From assembly GCA_964270895.1 (NCBI GenBank), contig OZ185436.1: a DNA stretch of 64,000 bases; one strand, 5' to 3'. This DNA is from Podarcis filfolensis. Lineage: Eukaryota. The notes beneath the pieces were generated by a model. That model did no database searches, was not told the DNA's origin, and saw nothing but the letters and a program-made list of their open reading frames with translations. Position 1 is the first letter of the stretch. Each line of letters begins with the position of its first letter. A program made the position numbers and the translations under genes. Of this stretch, positions 1 through 10,900 are shown piece by piece.

Positions 1-38
1 TCAAAAGGTGGGTCATTTCAAACTTGTGCCCCCCACTC

Positions 39-41
39 AAA

Positions 42-72
<31 letters not shown>

Positions 73-74
73 AT
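39..74. repeat. (AAAT)9 microsatellite
   Basis: Perfect tetranucleotide run read directly. Confidence 0.95.
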
Positions 75-119
75 ATTTCACAGTTGCATTCAGTTACAGG
101 AAGTTATTTTTGTAGCTTT

Positions 120-230
120 TTACCTGTGGGAACATTTCAGCAATGGAACAAATTGCCAATAGAAGATGTGAAATCTATTCTTTTTGGCAAAGTTGCAGAA
201 GAAATATGGATGAACAATTGTTTAAGTTGT
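120..230 (+). mobile_element. Degraded CR1 LINE RT C-terminal fragment
   Basis: Translates as TFQQWNKLPIEDVKS, resembling CR1 '[15 protein letters not shown]' in the copy at 36.5-37.2 kb; highly diverged. Confidence 0.4.
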
Positions 231-1608
231 TGCAGTTATATACTACTATTGGAGGAGTTCCTTTTAGGAGTGAAAAGGACTCCAGAAGAGATTTATTCCA
301 TCCTTGTTGAAGTCCCTCTTCTCTATTAGGTAATTTCGAGGGATGAGTGCCGGGTGAGAAATAGGACCATGGCAGAGGTAAGGGGGAACCACTCCATTTT
401 TCTCATGGAAATAAACTTCTGCACACGTCCATAGGAGTCCTGGGAGCTTTCTGCAGTAGTGTATATTTTTAGTTTTGCTCCTTAAATGTATTTTTTAAAG
501 GGAGTTAATTGACAGAAAGCTAAGTCTTTGGGGAGTTTTGGGGAGTTATCGGCAGTAGAAGTTGTTGTGCATTCAGCAGGCCTCCTTCCTGTGGCGAAGA
601 GAAAACCCCATGCCTTGGAAGGGAGACACTGTCCAAGGTACGAAATGGAAACTCATTTGGCAAGTCTGTCTTTGGCAATGTGACAGCTTCTTTTCCTCAG
701 CCGATGCATTAGATATGACAGTGTGGCTGCATAGTGATGTTGCAGGAATAAATCTACCTCTTTTATTGATTGCATTATATTTCTTGTGCTCGCAGTTCCT
801 CAGAACAGCATTCTGCACGCAAGAGATTATCTGAAATACTGGGTTTCATCCATCCATCCATTTATTTAAATGTTTATATCCTGCAATGTCCCTTCCATTT
901 AAGGAATGCTCAGGGCTATGACAATAGATCATTAAGAACAGTGCAAAAATAAACAATGCAATCTGCACAGCCTCATTATTATAGAGAGGTTAGCAGTTCA
1001 ATCATTGTTCAAATGTGCTTTGAAACACTATGGTCTTTAGCAAATGCTGGAACGTCAACAAGGAAAGGAGCATATGAAGCAGAGAATGCTGAAGACCAGG
1101 CATCTCAGCCTCCATCAGCTGCATCTCAGTAAGTGTTGCAGCTTCTCCAGGGGCCACAAGTGGTAGGAGAAGGAGCCCCTTTAAACGCCTCGCTCCTCAG
1201 TGATTTAAGCAATAACTGGCTTCTTGAAACTGTCTTGGAAATTAAGCAGAAGCCAATGCAGTTTGGGATTTATTCCGTTCAAGACAGCATCACAATCTAA
1301 ACTGAACAGTAAGCTTTGAAACATGGAATTTGATTGCCCTTCCCCTTGCAAAGATATTAATTTAGAAAAATTAGAATCAGGAATCTATGGGGACTCCCTG
1401 TAGTTGTGATGAGTGACATGTGGAAGCAAAGTTATGACAGACAATCACATGCACACACATAGCTTCCCATGTGGATAGAGATGACTGGCCATGCTGGGAG
1501 TTAGCAGATTGCTAGCCACTAGCCACCTTCAAACAGGTGTTTCCCATTCACAGTGTTTAATTCTATGTTATTCCTTATTTTATTGCACTGCGGCTTTAAA
1601 GGGGATTT

Positions 1609-1632
1609 TGTGTGTGTGTGTGTGTGTGTGTG
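1609..1632. repeat. (TG)12 microsatellite
   Basis: Perfect dinucleotide run. Confidence 0.95.
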
Positions 1633-3084
1633 TTTTAATAACCTAGATTGCACATCCATTCCTCTGTCAGAATGTCTGTAGCGTGACATTCTGATGGATC
1701 ACAGACTTGGAAGAGGAAACAGCATATGGCTAGTAAAACAGAAATCCTTAAAAATGCAATGTTTTAATAATCAAAGATTCAGCAACAAAGAATGCTTCCT
1801 TGTGTTGAATCTATGATTTTTTTGTTTAAATATGGACAACTGCTAGAGTGCCACCCAGAAGAAAGGCAGTTCAAAATAATGAAGAAAATGAAAAGAATCC
1901 TGCACATCCAAGGAGGAAGGAAAGGGTGAAACATCCCTCCCACCTCCATGCCTTCTGTCAGCCATGGTGTATGAAGTCCGCAGGACTGATGCACTGCCCT
2001 CCCAGGGTCATGTGGTGAAAGGCATGGCAGGATATCACTCCCCACACTTCCCTATTTAAATGTCTACCCACCAAAAAGAAGAGGAAGAGGAGGGGGGAGG
2101 AGGAGATGAAGACGAAGACGACTTCTCTCCCATTTGGAACCTTCTTAATTTGGATGCTTTCTTCTGCCAGCATGGAGGTAAAGAGTTTGCACTTTGGCAA
2201 TGCTTTATTTATTTTGACAATCTCACTAGCTGTTATACCGATAAGGCTCATGCAGCAGATCTGACTGATGATAGATCCCCAATTAGCTCTGTGTGGCAAG
2301 CAAAAAAAGACCCGCCACACAATTCCGTCCTGATTTTGCATAAACAAGACTTGGCTTATTTAAATGTGGTGCTGCCTATTCTTGAAGTGTCATTGGTGAC
2401 TCTGCAGGAGACACTTCCTTGTGAGACCCTCTTCCCTTCCCCATCCCTTCCTTCAGCTCCAGAGAAGCCATTCATAGCCTTGCCCTAGGCAGCTATGAAA
2501 TAGCATTTCCTATTCTGTGGAGGTTTTTATTTGGATTGGATAATCACTCTCATATTTTAAGTTCAAACCATGCAGATCTCTCCATAACGAGGGCCAAACA
2601 AAGGCGAGAAGACGCTAAGCTGGGTACAATGCGCTCAGCGGCGCATGCTTCACATCCTGAACATTTTCTGTCTTCAAATTATTCCACAGCATTCTCTCCA
2701 GACAATGTAGACAAATGATTCGCGGGAATTATTTACCCCTGAATCATAATAGCCAAGCAGGCCTGTGACGCTAGCAGCCCTGTGTTTGCTAAATCCCAGC
2801 TCTCGCCAGAACTCTCACACATTTGTTCTTTATTACCAGAAGTAGCAGCCTAATGCCATGCTATGCATTTAATGGTCTCCAGTGCCACCAGGCAAAGACT
2901 TATGCTGAAACCTTTGTAATTCCTTCCTGCTTTATGGGAGGGGTGGAACATAAAATGCCAGGCTACCCATAACAGAGGAGAGACGAACAATGAAAAAGGA
3001 GACTTTTTTAGGCCTGTGTATATATGTATGCGCGCTCAAGCACCAACTATATATGCGTATATGGGGGTGGGCAAAAGGTGTCTA

Positions 3085-3170
3085 ACAGAGGTTGAAGGTG
3101 CGTGAACGGCCCAAGGTCACCCAGTGAGCTTCATTGCTGAGTATGGATTTGTGCCCTGGTCTCCCAGGGC
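3085..3170 (-). mobile_element. MIR/Ther1-type (Squam3-like) SINE fragment
   Basis: CORE-like segment 'cccaaggtcacccagtgagcttcattgctgagtatggatttgtgccctggtctcc' is the reverse complement of the + copy at 23838. Confidence 0.6.
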
Positions 3171-4168
3171 TATTGTTGCTGTTTTCAGTCCTCAAAAGGC
3201 ACACAAATGCATTTCGTTTGCATTGAAATGAATGGTGTCGAATAACATCACAATAACATAATTCGTTACTTAAGATTCTGCCACAGTGGATGGTGAGACA
3301 AGTAACATAGCTTTGACAGTAGCCAAACTGCAGTGGAATGGAAACAGTGCTGCATGCAACTTACATGCATTGGAACAGAAATCAATACCTCCTTATATCC
3401 CTACTCAATGTTGTTTCAAGCAATTGTCACCCTACACTTTTAAGTACATTTCCCCTTTGCTTTCCTTATCACAAAATGTCTGATTTTAGGGGGAAGTGGA
3501 TTTTTTTGCACACAGGTGAACCAGAAAACAGCAACATCCTGGAAGCGGTCAAAGAAAGTGATACCAAGGAAAGAGTGGACCTAGAGATCTCCCTAGTCTC
3601 TGAAGGCCTTTGGCATTCAAACAAACTAGCAAAGCAATGCAGGAGGCAAAATTAGGCTGGTGGGTGGGAGCTTAAAAGTTTCCTGGGTTGCCCAATGCCT
3701 CGCTCAGCAGCCTAAGTTGCACTGACTCTGCCATGCATTAGGCACATTTCCCAAATCAATTAGCAAAGAGCCCTTCCCTGCCCTTAGACTGCTTGCAAAA
3801 TGCTGCTAATGGGCCAAAGTAACAAGTAACAGTTGCGCTGAGCAAGCAGACTACACTGCAGCAATGAGAAGAAATGTTTGCTTTTTATCAAATTAGTGTG
3901 TCAATTAGCAAGTAAGTAAGAAATATTGAGGCAGAGTATTGAGTTTCAGACCCGCTTTCCACTTATTTGTGTTGATAACCTGTAGATTTTGGATCAGGAG
4001 TCTCTCCCATCTTCCCCAAGTTCTGTTGCATGTGGGTCACTGTTTGCTACCAAGAAGTGTGTGTGTGCATGTGCATGTGTGCATGCAAACCACACCAGAT
4101 CCACTCTGCATTCCTAACTGGGGAAGAGACTAATAATACCCTATATGCTAGGCAATATGCTGGTTTCA

Positions 4169-4527
4169 GTGACGCAGGTGGCGCTGTGGGTAAAACCTCA
4201 GCGCCTAGGACTTGCCGATCGCATGGTCGGCGGTTCGAATCCCCGCGGCAGGGTGCTCTCCCGTCGTTCGGTCCCAGCGCCTGCCAACCTAGCAGTTCGA
4301 AAGCACCCCCGGGTGCAAGTAGATAAATAGGGACCGCTTACCAGCGGGAAGGTAAACGGCGTTCCGTGTGCTGCGCTGGCTCGCCAGATGCAGCTTGTCA
4401 CACTGGCCACGTGACCCGGGAGTGTCTGCGGACAGCGCTGGCTCCCGGCTTATAGAGTGAGATGAGCGCACAACCCTAGAGTCTGGCAAGACTGGCCCGT
4501 ACAGGCAGGGGTACCTTTACCTTTACT
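4169..4527 (+). mobile_element. Full-length Sauria SINE (Squam1), young copy
   Basis: tRNA-like head (ggtggcgctgtgg…ggttcgaatcc), body with 'gcaagtagataaataggg', ACCTTT tail, CpG-rich. 13-bp TSD TATGCTGGTTTCA at 4156-4168 and 4528-4540. Confidence 0.93.
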
Positions 4528-5510
4528 TATGCTGGTTTCAAGACCTGCCTACAAAAGCTTCCTGTTGAAGTAGAGATGCTGATCCCAGGTGCAGGATCCC
4601 AATGGACCACTTTTACGGTCTGGCAGATCGTGACCTCTGAATTCTTCACCTGTCACTGCAATCATGGATCCTTTGAGCATTTGCAGAGACCTTGACTGCC
4701 ATGCTCTGGTTCCTGCCAATCCCATGGGCGTTGTTCTGGGAGTGGTGCCCTGTCTCCAACCCCCATGGAGCACAGGCAGTACATTCACTGCCATCAGGAT
4801 GCTGAGGTGTGTAATCTGTTCTGGAAGCCATGTTGGCAGAACCATCTATGGGCAGACATGTGTTTGCACAGCAGCCCTGGAGAGGGGATACATCTTTATC
4901 TGCTAACTTCATCTGCTCGAGCCCTTTGAATGTTCATTCCACAACACATCCATTTGGGTTTCTTTATCCCTAATAAATGCTTTGGTAATGAATGCAGACG
5001 TGCTGGATGGGGCAATTCCTTCATAATGCTAATCTCCGCTCACCCCATCATGCGAAGAGGACAGACCAGACCAGAATTCTTATGAAGCCGAGCAGCGCTT
5101 GCAGCTCTATGCGCTGTCACCAGGGAGCCAATTTAAGCTTTCCGCTGATGCTGCAACCCCTCTCCCCAACAACTCCATTGTTTGCAAGATGCATCACATC
5201 TTTTTCTCTGCTGTCAGGTTGTGAGCGATCTCTTGTGTATCGGGGAAGAAATTTTTTATAAGTGTGTAATGCAAAGCACTCTGCCGAGCCTGACATTGTT
5301 TGAGGTGCACAACAAAACTTTGCCACTGGGTGCAACGGATGAGTTCATGAAAGGAAGAAGGAAAGTGGAGGAGACAGAGATGGTGCTGGGAAATCACACT
5401 GCACCATCGAGCATTGGGGAAGGGCTTGCATCTGACAGGGGAGGGAGTGGATATTATCGGAGAAAGCAATTGATTTTGGTCTCAGCCCCCGAGTAGACAT
5501 AAAGAAGGAA

Positions 5511-5757
5511 CAATGTGGACGTTGAAGATGTAAAAAGCTTGTGCAGATAGTTCTTATTAAGCAGATATTAGACAAGTTCATGGAGGATCATGCTGCCAAT
5601 GGCTATTAGCTACGATGGCTTTGTTGTATCTCCACTGCTGGTAGACCTCTGAAAGGCTAGTTGCTGAGCAATGGAGCATTGCTGCACTCTGGACCTGCTT
5701 GTAGGCTTCCCATAGGCATCTGGCTGGCTACTGGGGAACAAAATGCTGAGTGAGATG
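5511..5757 (+). mobile_element. CR1 LINE 3' fragment (end of RT plus 3' UTR)
   Basis: 'attagacaagttcatggaggat…atggctattagc…ataggcatctggctggctactgg…aaaatgctg' matches the CR1 3' pieces at 54.2 kb and 32.8 kb (inverted). Confidence 0.7.
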
Positions 5758-5801
5758 CCCCCACCCCACCCTGGCACCATCTACTGGTTCTGAGTGTGGC
5801 A

Positions 5802-6604
5802 TTGCGCAGCGAGTCCCCCCCCCCCATGGAAATAAAGACACATGACACAATTATTAAGGTTAATGGGCTAAATAAGGCTACAACTTTATTGGTTACAGGT
5901 GATGAGCAGTATTGGCTTAGGCATTGGTCCTAACAGACTATCCAGCTTCAGCCTGTTTGCTTGAAGTCCGGGAAGGGTTAACCACCAGTAGGGGGAGTCC
6001 TGCTGATGCACATCAACTAGGAACTCCCCCAGGGTCACCGCTCGGGGGTGTGCCTTAGGCCCTCACCTCCAGAGGCTTCGGACAGGGCCATGCCCCCCGG
6101 AATACTTTATTGGACTACCCTTCAATATGCAGGGCAGGTGATGTGCTTCCTCCCCTCTTCCATCTATAAAACAATACCAATACCAATGCCTAACCACCAA
6201 TACCAAGAAAGTTGTGACGATTTGCTACAAGGTAGGCGAAAACCAAGTGGCTGGTGCCAATTTGCCAAGTGGGAAAATTCCTACCAGGTCCCTCAACAGC
6301 GACCAACCAAGGTCCATAGCAAGGTCAAGGAATGAAAACCTTAAAAGGTGGGAGGGTGGGAAACAGGAACAGCTGGTAGGCGGGAAAAGAGGGAGATCCC
6401 CAGCCACGCTTGCATTAAATAGGGCAGGCCACACCCCCAGAGCCAGACGATTGGCTGACCAGGGGGTGATGCGGCCAGGGATTCGTCCAATCATGCGGGG
6501 GCTGGGCTCCAGCTGCAGCACGCATGGTGGGGTCGTGACGCCCACAATCCCACCTCCTCTGCAGGGCGGAAGTGGTTTTGGCATTCCAATGAGGGTCTGT
6601 GCTC
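5802..6604 (-). mobile_element. Probable solo LTR (Gypsy/ERV-like), about 800 bp
   Basis: Minus strand has CCAAT/GC-rich U3-like region (6449-6492), TATTTAA (6415-6421), then AATAAA at 6106-6111 and 5885-5890. Flanked by direct repeat GTGGCA (5796-5801, 6605-6610). No internal coding domain. Confidence 0.6.
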
Positions 6605-9271
6605 GTGGCACCCTTTGCTGCAATTCATCACCAACTGACTCCAAACTATGGGTGCCATATGTAGAGAGAGTAGCGAGAACAGGACTTTTTGCCTTGTTGA
6701 GGTGCACTCTCAGAAGGAGTGAGAGGGAGGTGGTGTTTGGGAAGTCTTTGCTTTTGCAGAGTTAGGTGGCAACATCTCTTGAGACGTGATACTCGAATTT
6801 CAGAACACTTATGAATACAGGGCAGCCCTGTTATCTGCAATGCAGCCTGAGCTTTTAATTATGAAATGGCAGGCTCTGCCAAACAGTTTCATTTCATCTC
6901 CAGTCCAACCCTTTATATGTGATATTACATACAGCAAATCTTCCTAAGACCAAGCACACAAACAAAGCCTGGTTGATCCTTATGATGCATGTGTTTCCAA
7001 GGAATAACACAGACTATCTGACCCTTTCCTGTTTCAGAGATGCCAGCACCTGTGTGACTTCCTCCCTTCACCCTCTCTTCCTCTTACATTCACAGCCTTC
7101 ACCAAACCCTTCTCCTCATCCCCCACAATGTAAGTTCAGAAGGGAAGAAGGAACCCCATAGCTGCTTCCCTTGATGTGGCACAGCATTCAAAGAATGCCC
7201 TTTCAGATTCCCTTCGCCTTCTCTTCCCTCACTGTGACTGGGCTTGTTAGGGAAGCAGGCCCCAGAAAACCTTCTTGCTCCCTTGCCCTTTCAAGGCTTA
7301 GCCAGCAATAATCGATTGAAGAGGCAAGGCCTCACCAAAATAATTGCAAATAATAATTTAAATCCCTTGAAATGTGCTTACCCTCCATTTTCAACACCCA
7401 TGGAGAATGGAATTTGGGAGCATGAAGATGCACAGGGAGCAGCTGTGGGTTGCTATGGCAATGCACTTATTGGGGGAGGGCATCTTGCACCACACCCACT
7501 TTTCAGCCAATCAAAATTAATGTGAAACAGAATAGAGGTTGTGTACTATTGAAATTATTGAAAAGCAACTGCTGCTTCCCTCTAAACAAAAAAAATAAAT
7601 AAATGTTGTTGAGATAGCTCTCTTGTACAATTTGGCTGTTGTGTGATGATGGACAGCTCCTTTGGTTGAAATCAGAATCAGCTCTATAATAACTGCAAAT
7701 TCTTGGAAGTGCTTTGGGCAGGGTGGGGTGGGGTCATCTGTTTTCTTGCTGGGCTTTTACTGTTGATATACGCTCACTGATAGTGCTGCATGCATGTGGC
7801 CTTTTCTATTGTCCCTTAGGAGTTGTAGTTTCCAATGTCACGGTAAGAGACCTGCTTGGAACTTCAACCACCTGTTCTCTCAAAACAAACACACCTCTAT
7901 GACCAAGAGTGGTTAGTGATGGTGGGCAAAAACCGCATACAAGAAACAAGCGAGAGAACTGAGCAAACAGAGAAGATGTTCAGCAGATAAAAGGCTGCTT
8001 GCTTGGATGTTCTGTTCAGAGCACTCCATGAGTGTTTCAGTGAGAAGAGAAACGTAAATGAAAGAAATTCTGTAAAATGCGCCTACAAGGTCTTGTTGTC
8101 AAATGGCAGAACAGGAAAAAATAAATAAAGCAGCAGGCTTCGTAGTTCATGCAGTTTCACAGCAGCTGGCGGGCATTTCAGTAGGAACATGGAATTCACC
8201 ATTAAATAACAAAACAGCTCACTTTGGGTATCTAGTCTGCAGAACACTGACCATCCATTTTCAGAATCTCATTTTACTTTCCAAGTAAGGGGGAAGAAGT
8301 GGTGCTCAGTCTGTAATACTACCAAGTATTATGAACTGTACAAATTCATCTTCCTAATTAGGTGATTATGAACTTTGACAGCACCGCTATGCTTCTATAA
8401 AGTTATGAGCTTATTTAAGAACGTGCTTTGTTTGAAATAGTTCATAAGACAGAAAATCAAAACTATAATCCAAGCAAAGTTAGTGAATCTGCAACCCTAT
8501 ACTCACCTTGGAGTAAGTCTCGTGGAGCTTATAGGACTGTGCTGTTGGAGTGTGCAGCAATTCAAGGGGAAGTGTCACCAAATCTAATGTGTGAACATGA
8601 ATTTTGAAAAATACAAGGACAAGAACTAACTTGTATTCATAGGATTAGTACATTTGCATGAGTGTGGATATATAGTAATTTAAAAATGTACAGAGATGAG
8701 AACATATGTCTGAGAGAACTTATATTGTAATCCTTGTGGCTATGGTGATATGAAGACTTCACTTAGCTATGCAACAAATGATTAAATTGGGATTCTTCAC
8801 ACTTAAAGAGAATGACAATCACAAGTTGGTGTTATTGTTTTCATTATAAAAGATGGTCAGCCACTCCTCTGTATAGACAATTAAGCAACAACTCCCCTTT
8901 CAGTAATTGTGTATTGACTGAACTAATGTTGAAAAGCTTATAGACCTCCAGGTTACAAATGAAATTGTCATTTGGATTTGCATCCTTTCCCCCACCTCTG
9001 GGAAAGATAAAACCCTATTGGTATAGAATGTCTGTTTTAAAACATATACCTACAATGTTCTAGAGTTTCTGAAGGGGCCCAGTAGTTCCTAATAGTTCTC
9101 ATTCCACCTTGCTTTTTTAAAAAGTTAATAAGCCAGGAGTGCATTCTCAGCTCCCGTAGGCTGAGTTAAGCAAGCCTTTCTCTTTAGCAGACTCGTGTGT
9201 TTTTTCTGTCTGAGAAATAACTTCAACAATTGGACACCCAATAGGGACAAAACGAGGCCAGAAGTGCCTTT

Positions 9272-9862
9272 GGCCACATTCACACCATACATCTCTAGCA
9301 CCATGCCACCACTTTAAACATCATGGTGTCTCCCAAATAATTATGGGAAGGTATAGTTTGCTACAGAGTTGCTAAGAGACCCCTATTCCTCTCCGAGAGC
9401 TATTCACAGGGAATTTTGGGAATTGTAGCTCTGTGAGGAAAATAGGGGTCTCCTAGCAACTCTCCTTCATGGATCACTGCCTTGTCGTAGCAGAGGGGCT
9501 TGAATAACTCAGAGAAGCTATGAGCTATGCTGCGCAGGGCCACCCAAGATGGACAGGTCATAGTGGAGAGTTTTGACTAAACGTGATCCACCTGGACCAG
9601 GAACCGGCAAGCTAATCCAGTATCCCTGCCAAGAAAACTCCATGGAAGCTACTAACATGAGTTTGACCAAACTGCGGGAGGCAGTGGAAGACAGGAGTGC
9701 CTGGCGTGCTCTGGTCCATGGGGTCAGACACGACTAAATGACTAAACAACAAAGCAACTCTCCACACTCTTAACAAACAACACCTCCCAAAATCCTTTCA
9801 GGAAAACAGTGACTGTTCAAAGTGGGATCATAGTGCTTTATATGTATGGTGTCAGTGTGGCC
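9272..9862. mobile_element. PIF/Harbinger-like MITE interrupted by a BovB-derived insert
   Basis: 21-bp TIRs GGCCACATTCACACCATACAT / ATGTATGGTGTCAGTGTGGCC (19/21) and 3-bp TTT duplication. About 293 bp once the insert and one TSD copy are removed. Confidence 0.8.
9466..9752 (+). mobile_element. Short bipartite BovB (RTE)-derived element: 5' region fused to 3' end
   Basis: 9466-9646 resembles the BovB 5' region (gatcactgccttgtcgt…gccacccaagatggacaggtcatagtggagag…tccagtatccctgccaagaaaactccatgga). 9647-9752 is the BovB 3' end (…ctggtccatggggtc…gacacgactaaatgactaaacaac). 11-bp TSD AGCAACTCTCC at 9455-9465 and 9753-9763. Confidence 0.85.
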
Positions 9863-10061
9863 TTTTCCTCACTCTTCTGATGAAATGGGCAAGCACTAGG
9901 AGTCAGGGCCCCATGAAACAGCCTCTCTCTTCCTGCAATAAGCTATTCTGAGCTGGCAATCTGAGATTAGGTTAATGGTGTGACCTGCATTCTATTCTTC
10001 ATGTAGGTAACTAGGGAAGAAATGTGCTGACTTTGATAGTGAGCAATGTCCCAGCCTCTCC

Positions 10062-10081
10062 ATATATATATATATATATAT
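10062..10081. repeat. (AT)10 microsatellite
   Basis: Direct reading. Confidence 0.95.
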
Positions 10082-10198
10082 TTCTCAAGTATATTCTGTA
10101 CAGGAACAACCGAATTAGTTCCTTTCTGGAGGGGCCAAACTAGAACTGGAACTAATTCTTTTTTCAAAAATGAACTTTCCAAGAACTGATAATGACAA

Positions 10199-10345
10199 AC
10201 ATTCACAGCATACATTTAAAGCGCAAGGCTTCCTGCAAAGGATTCTGGGCATTCTCATTTGCCCCCTCACAGACCTACGGTTCCCAGCACACTTAAACTA
10301 CAGGTTCTAGGATGCTTTGGGGACATTGTGTGCTTTCAGTGCGCT
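10199..10345. mobile_element. Degraded copy of the Harbinger-like MITE family
   Basis: Starts 'acattcacagcatacatttaaagc', similar to the TIR at 9272; internal 'cttaaactacag' motif shared with family members. Confidence 0.6.
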
Positions 10346-10754
10346 TTTCCTTTACTCTTGCAACTGGGCTTTTGTTATTGCTGCATCCTTTTTACAAGCA
10401 TCCTGTACACATGTGCAGCCAAGCTCAAATGCTTCCATGGGGCATTGTCACCTTGCTTCTGTTACATAACAAATGTGCATTCTGTTTTATGCTAGGTTTT
10501 CTTTGCAAGCAGCCCCGAAATTTGAAGCCTGTCTTGTCCCCCCACTGCACCACTGACTCGTGCCTAAATGTTTCCTGTTTGGTCAATTTTCTTCAGCATG
10601 TAAAACATCCACACAAAAGATCTTTCTTTTCTCGTTTGATATCAGGGAATACATAGACAGATAGCAACATGGGAAGAGCCATGTGCTTCTCAAAGATTGT
10701 AAAGCATAATGTGGAGCTTTTCAGTAAGCGAAGGATTAATGACAACTACATCTC

Positions 10755-10900
10755 ACCCTTGCTCCAACTCTTCTGTCCTCACGACAACCCAGTGAGTTAA
10801 GGTAGACTGAAAGGTAGTGACTGGTCCAAGGCTACTTGCTTGGCTAGGGATTTAAACCACAGCTAATATGATGCTCAAACCACTACACCACATTGGCTCT
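10755..10900 (-). mobile_element. MIR/Ther1-type SINE fragment
   Basis: 'caacccagtgag…gtgactggtccaagg…ggatttaaacc…aaccactacaccacattggctctc' is the reverse complement of the tRNA head seen at 23838. Confidence 0.65.

Noticed and set aside
240-620. Possible degraded minus-strand LINE coding remnant
   Set aside because: No diagnostic motif could be read in any frame.
2060-2488. 142-aa ORF starting with an acidic/glycine run (MSTHQKEEEEEGGGGDEDEDD)
   Set aside because: The N-terminus comes from a GA-rich low-complexity tract; the rest resembles no protein I recognise and has no convincing splice context.
6214-6765. Overlapping 183-aa (+) and 160-aa (−) ORFs
   Set aside because: Both lie in the GC-rich LTR-like element and have no gag/pol/env motifs; likely chance open frames.
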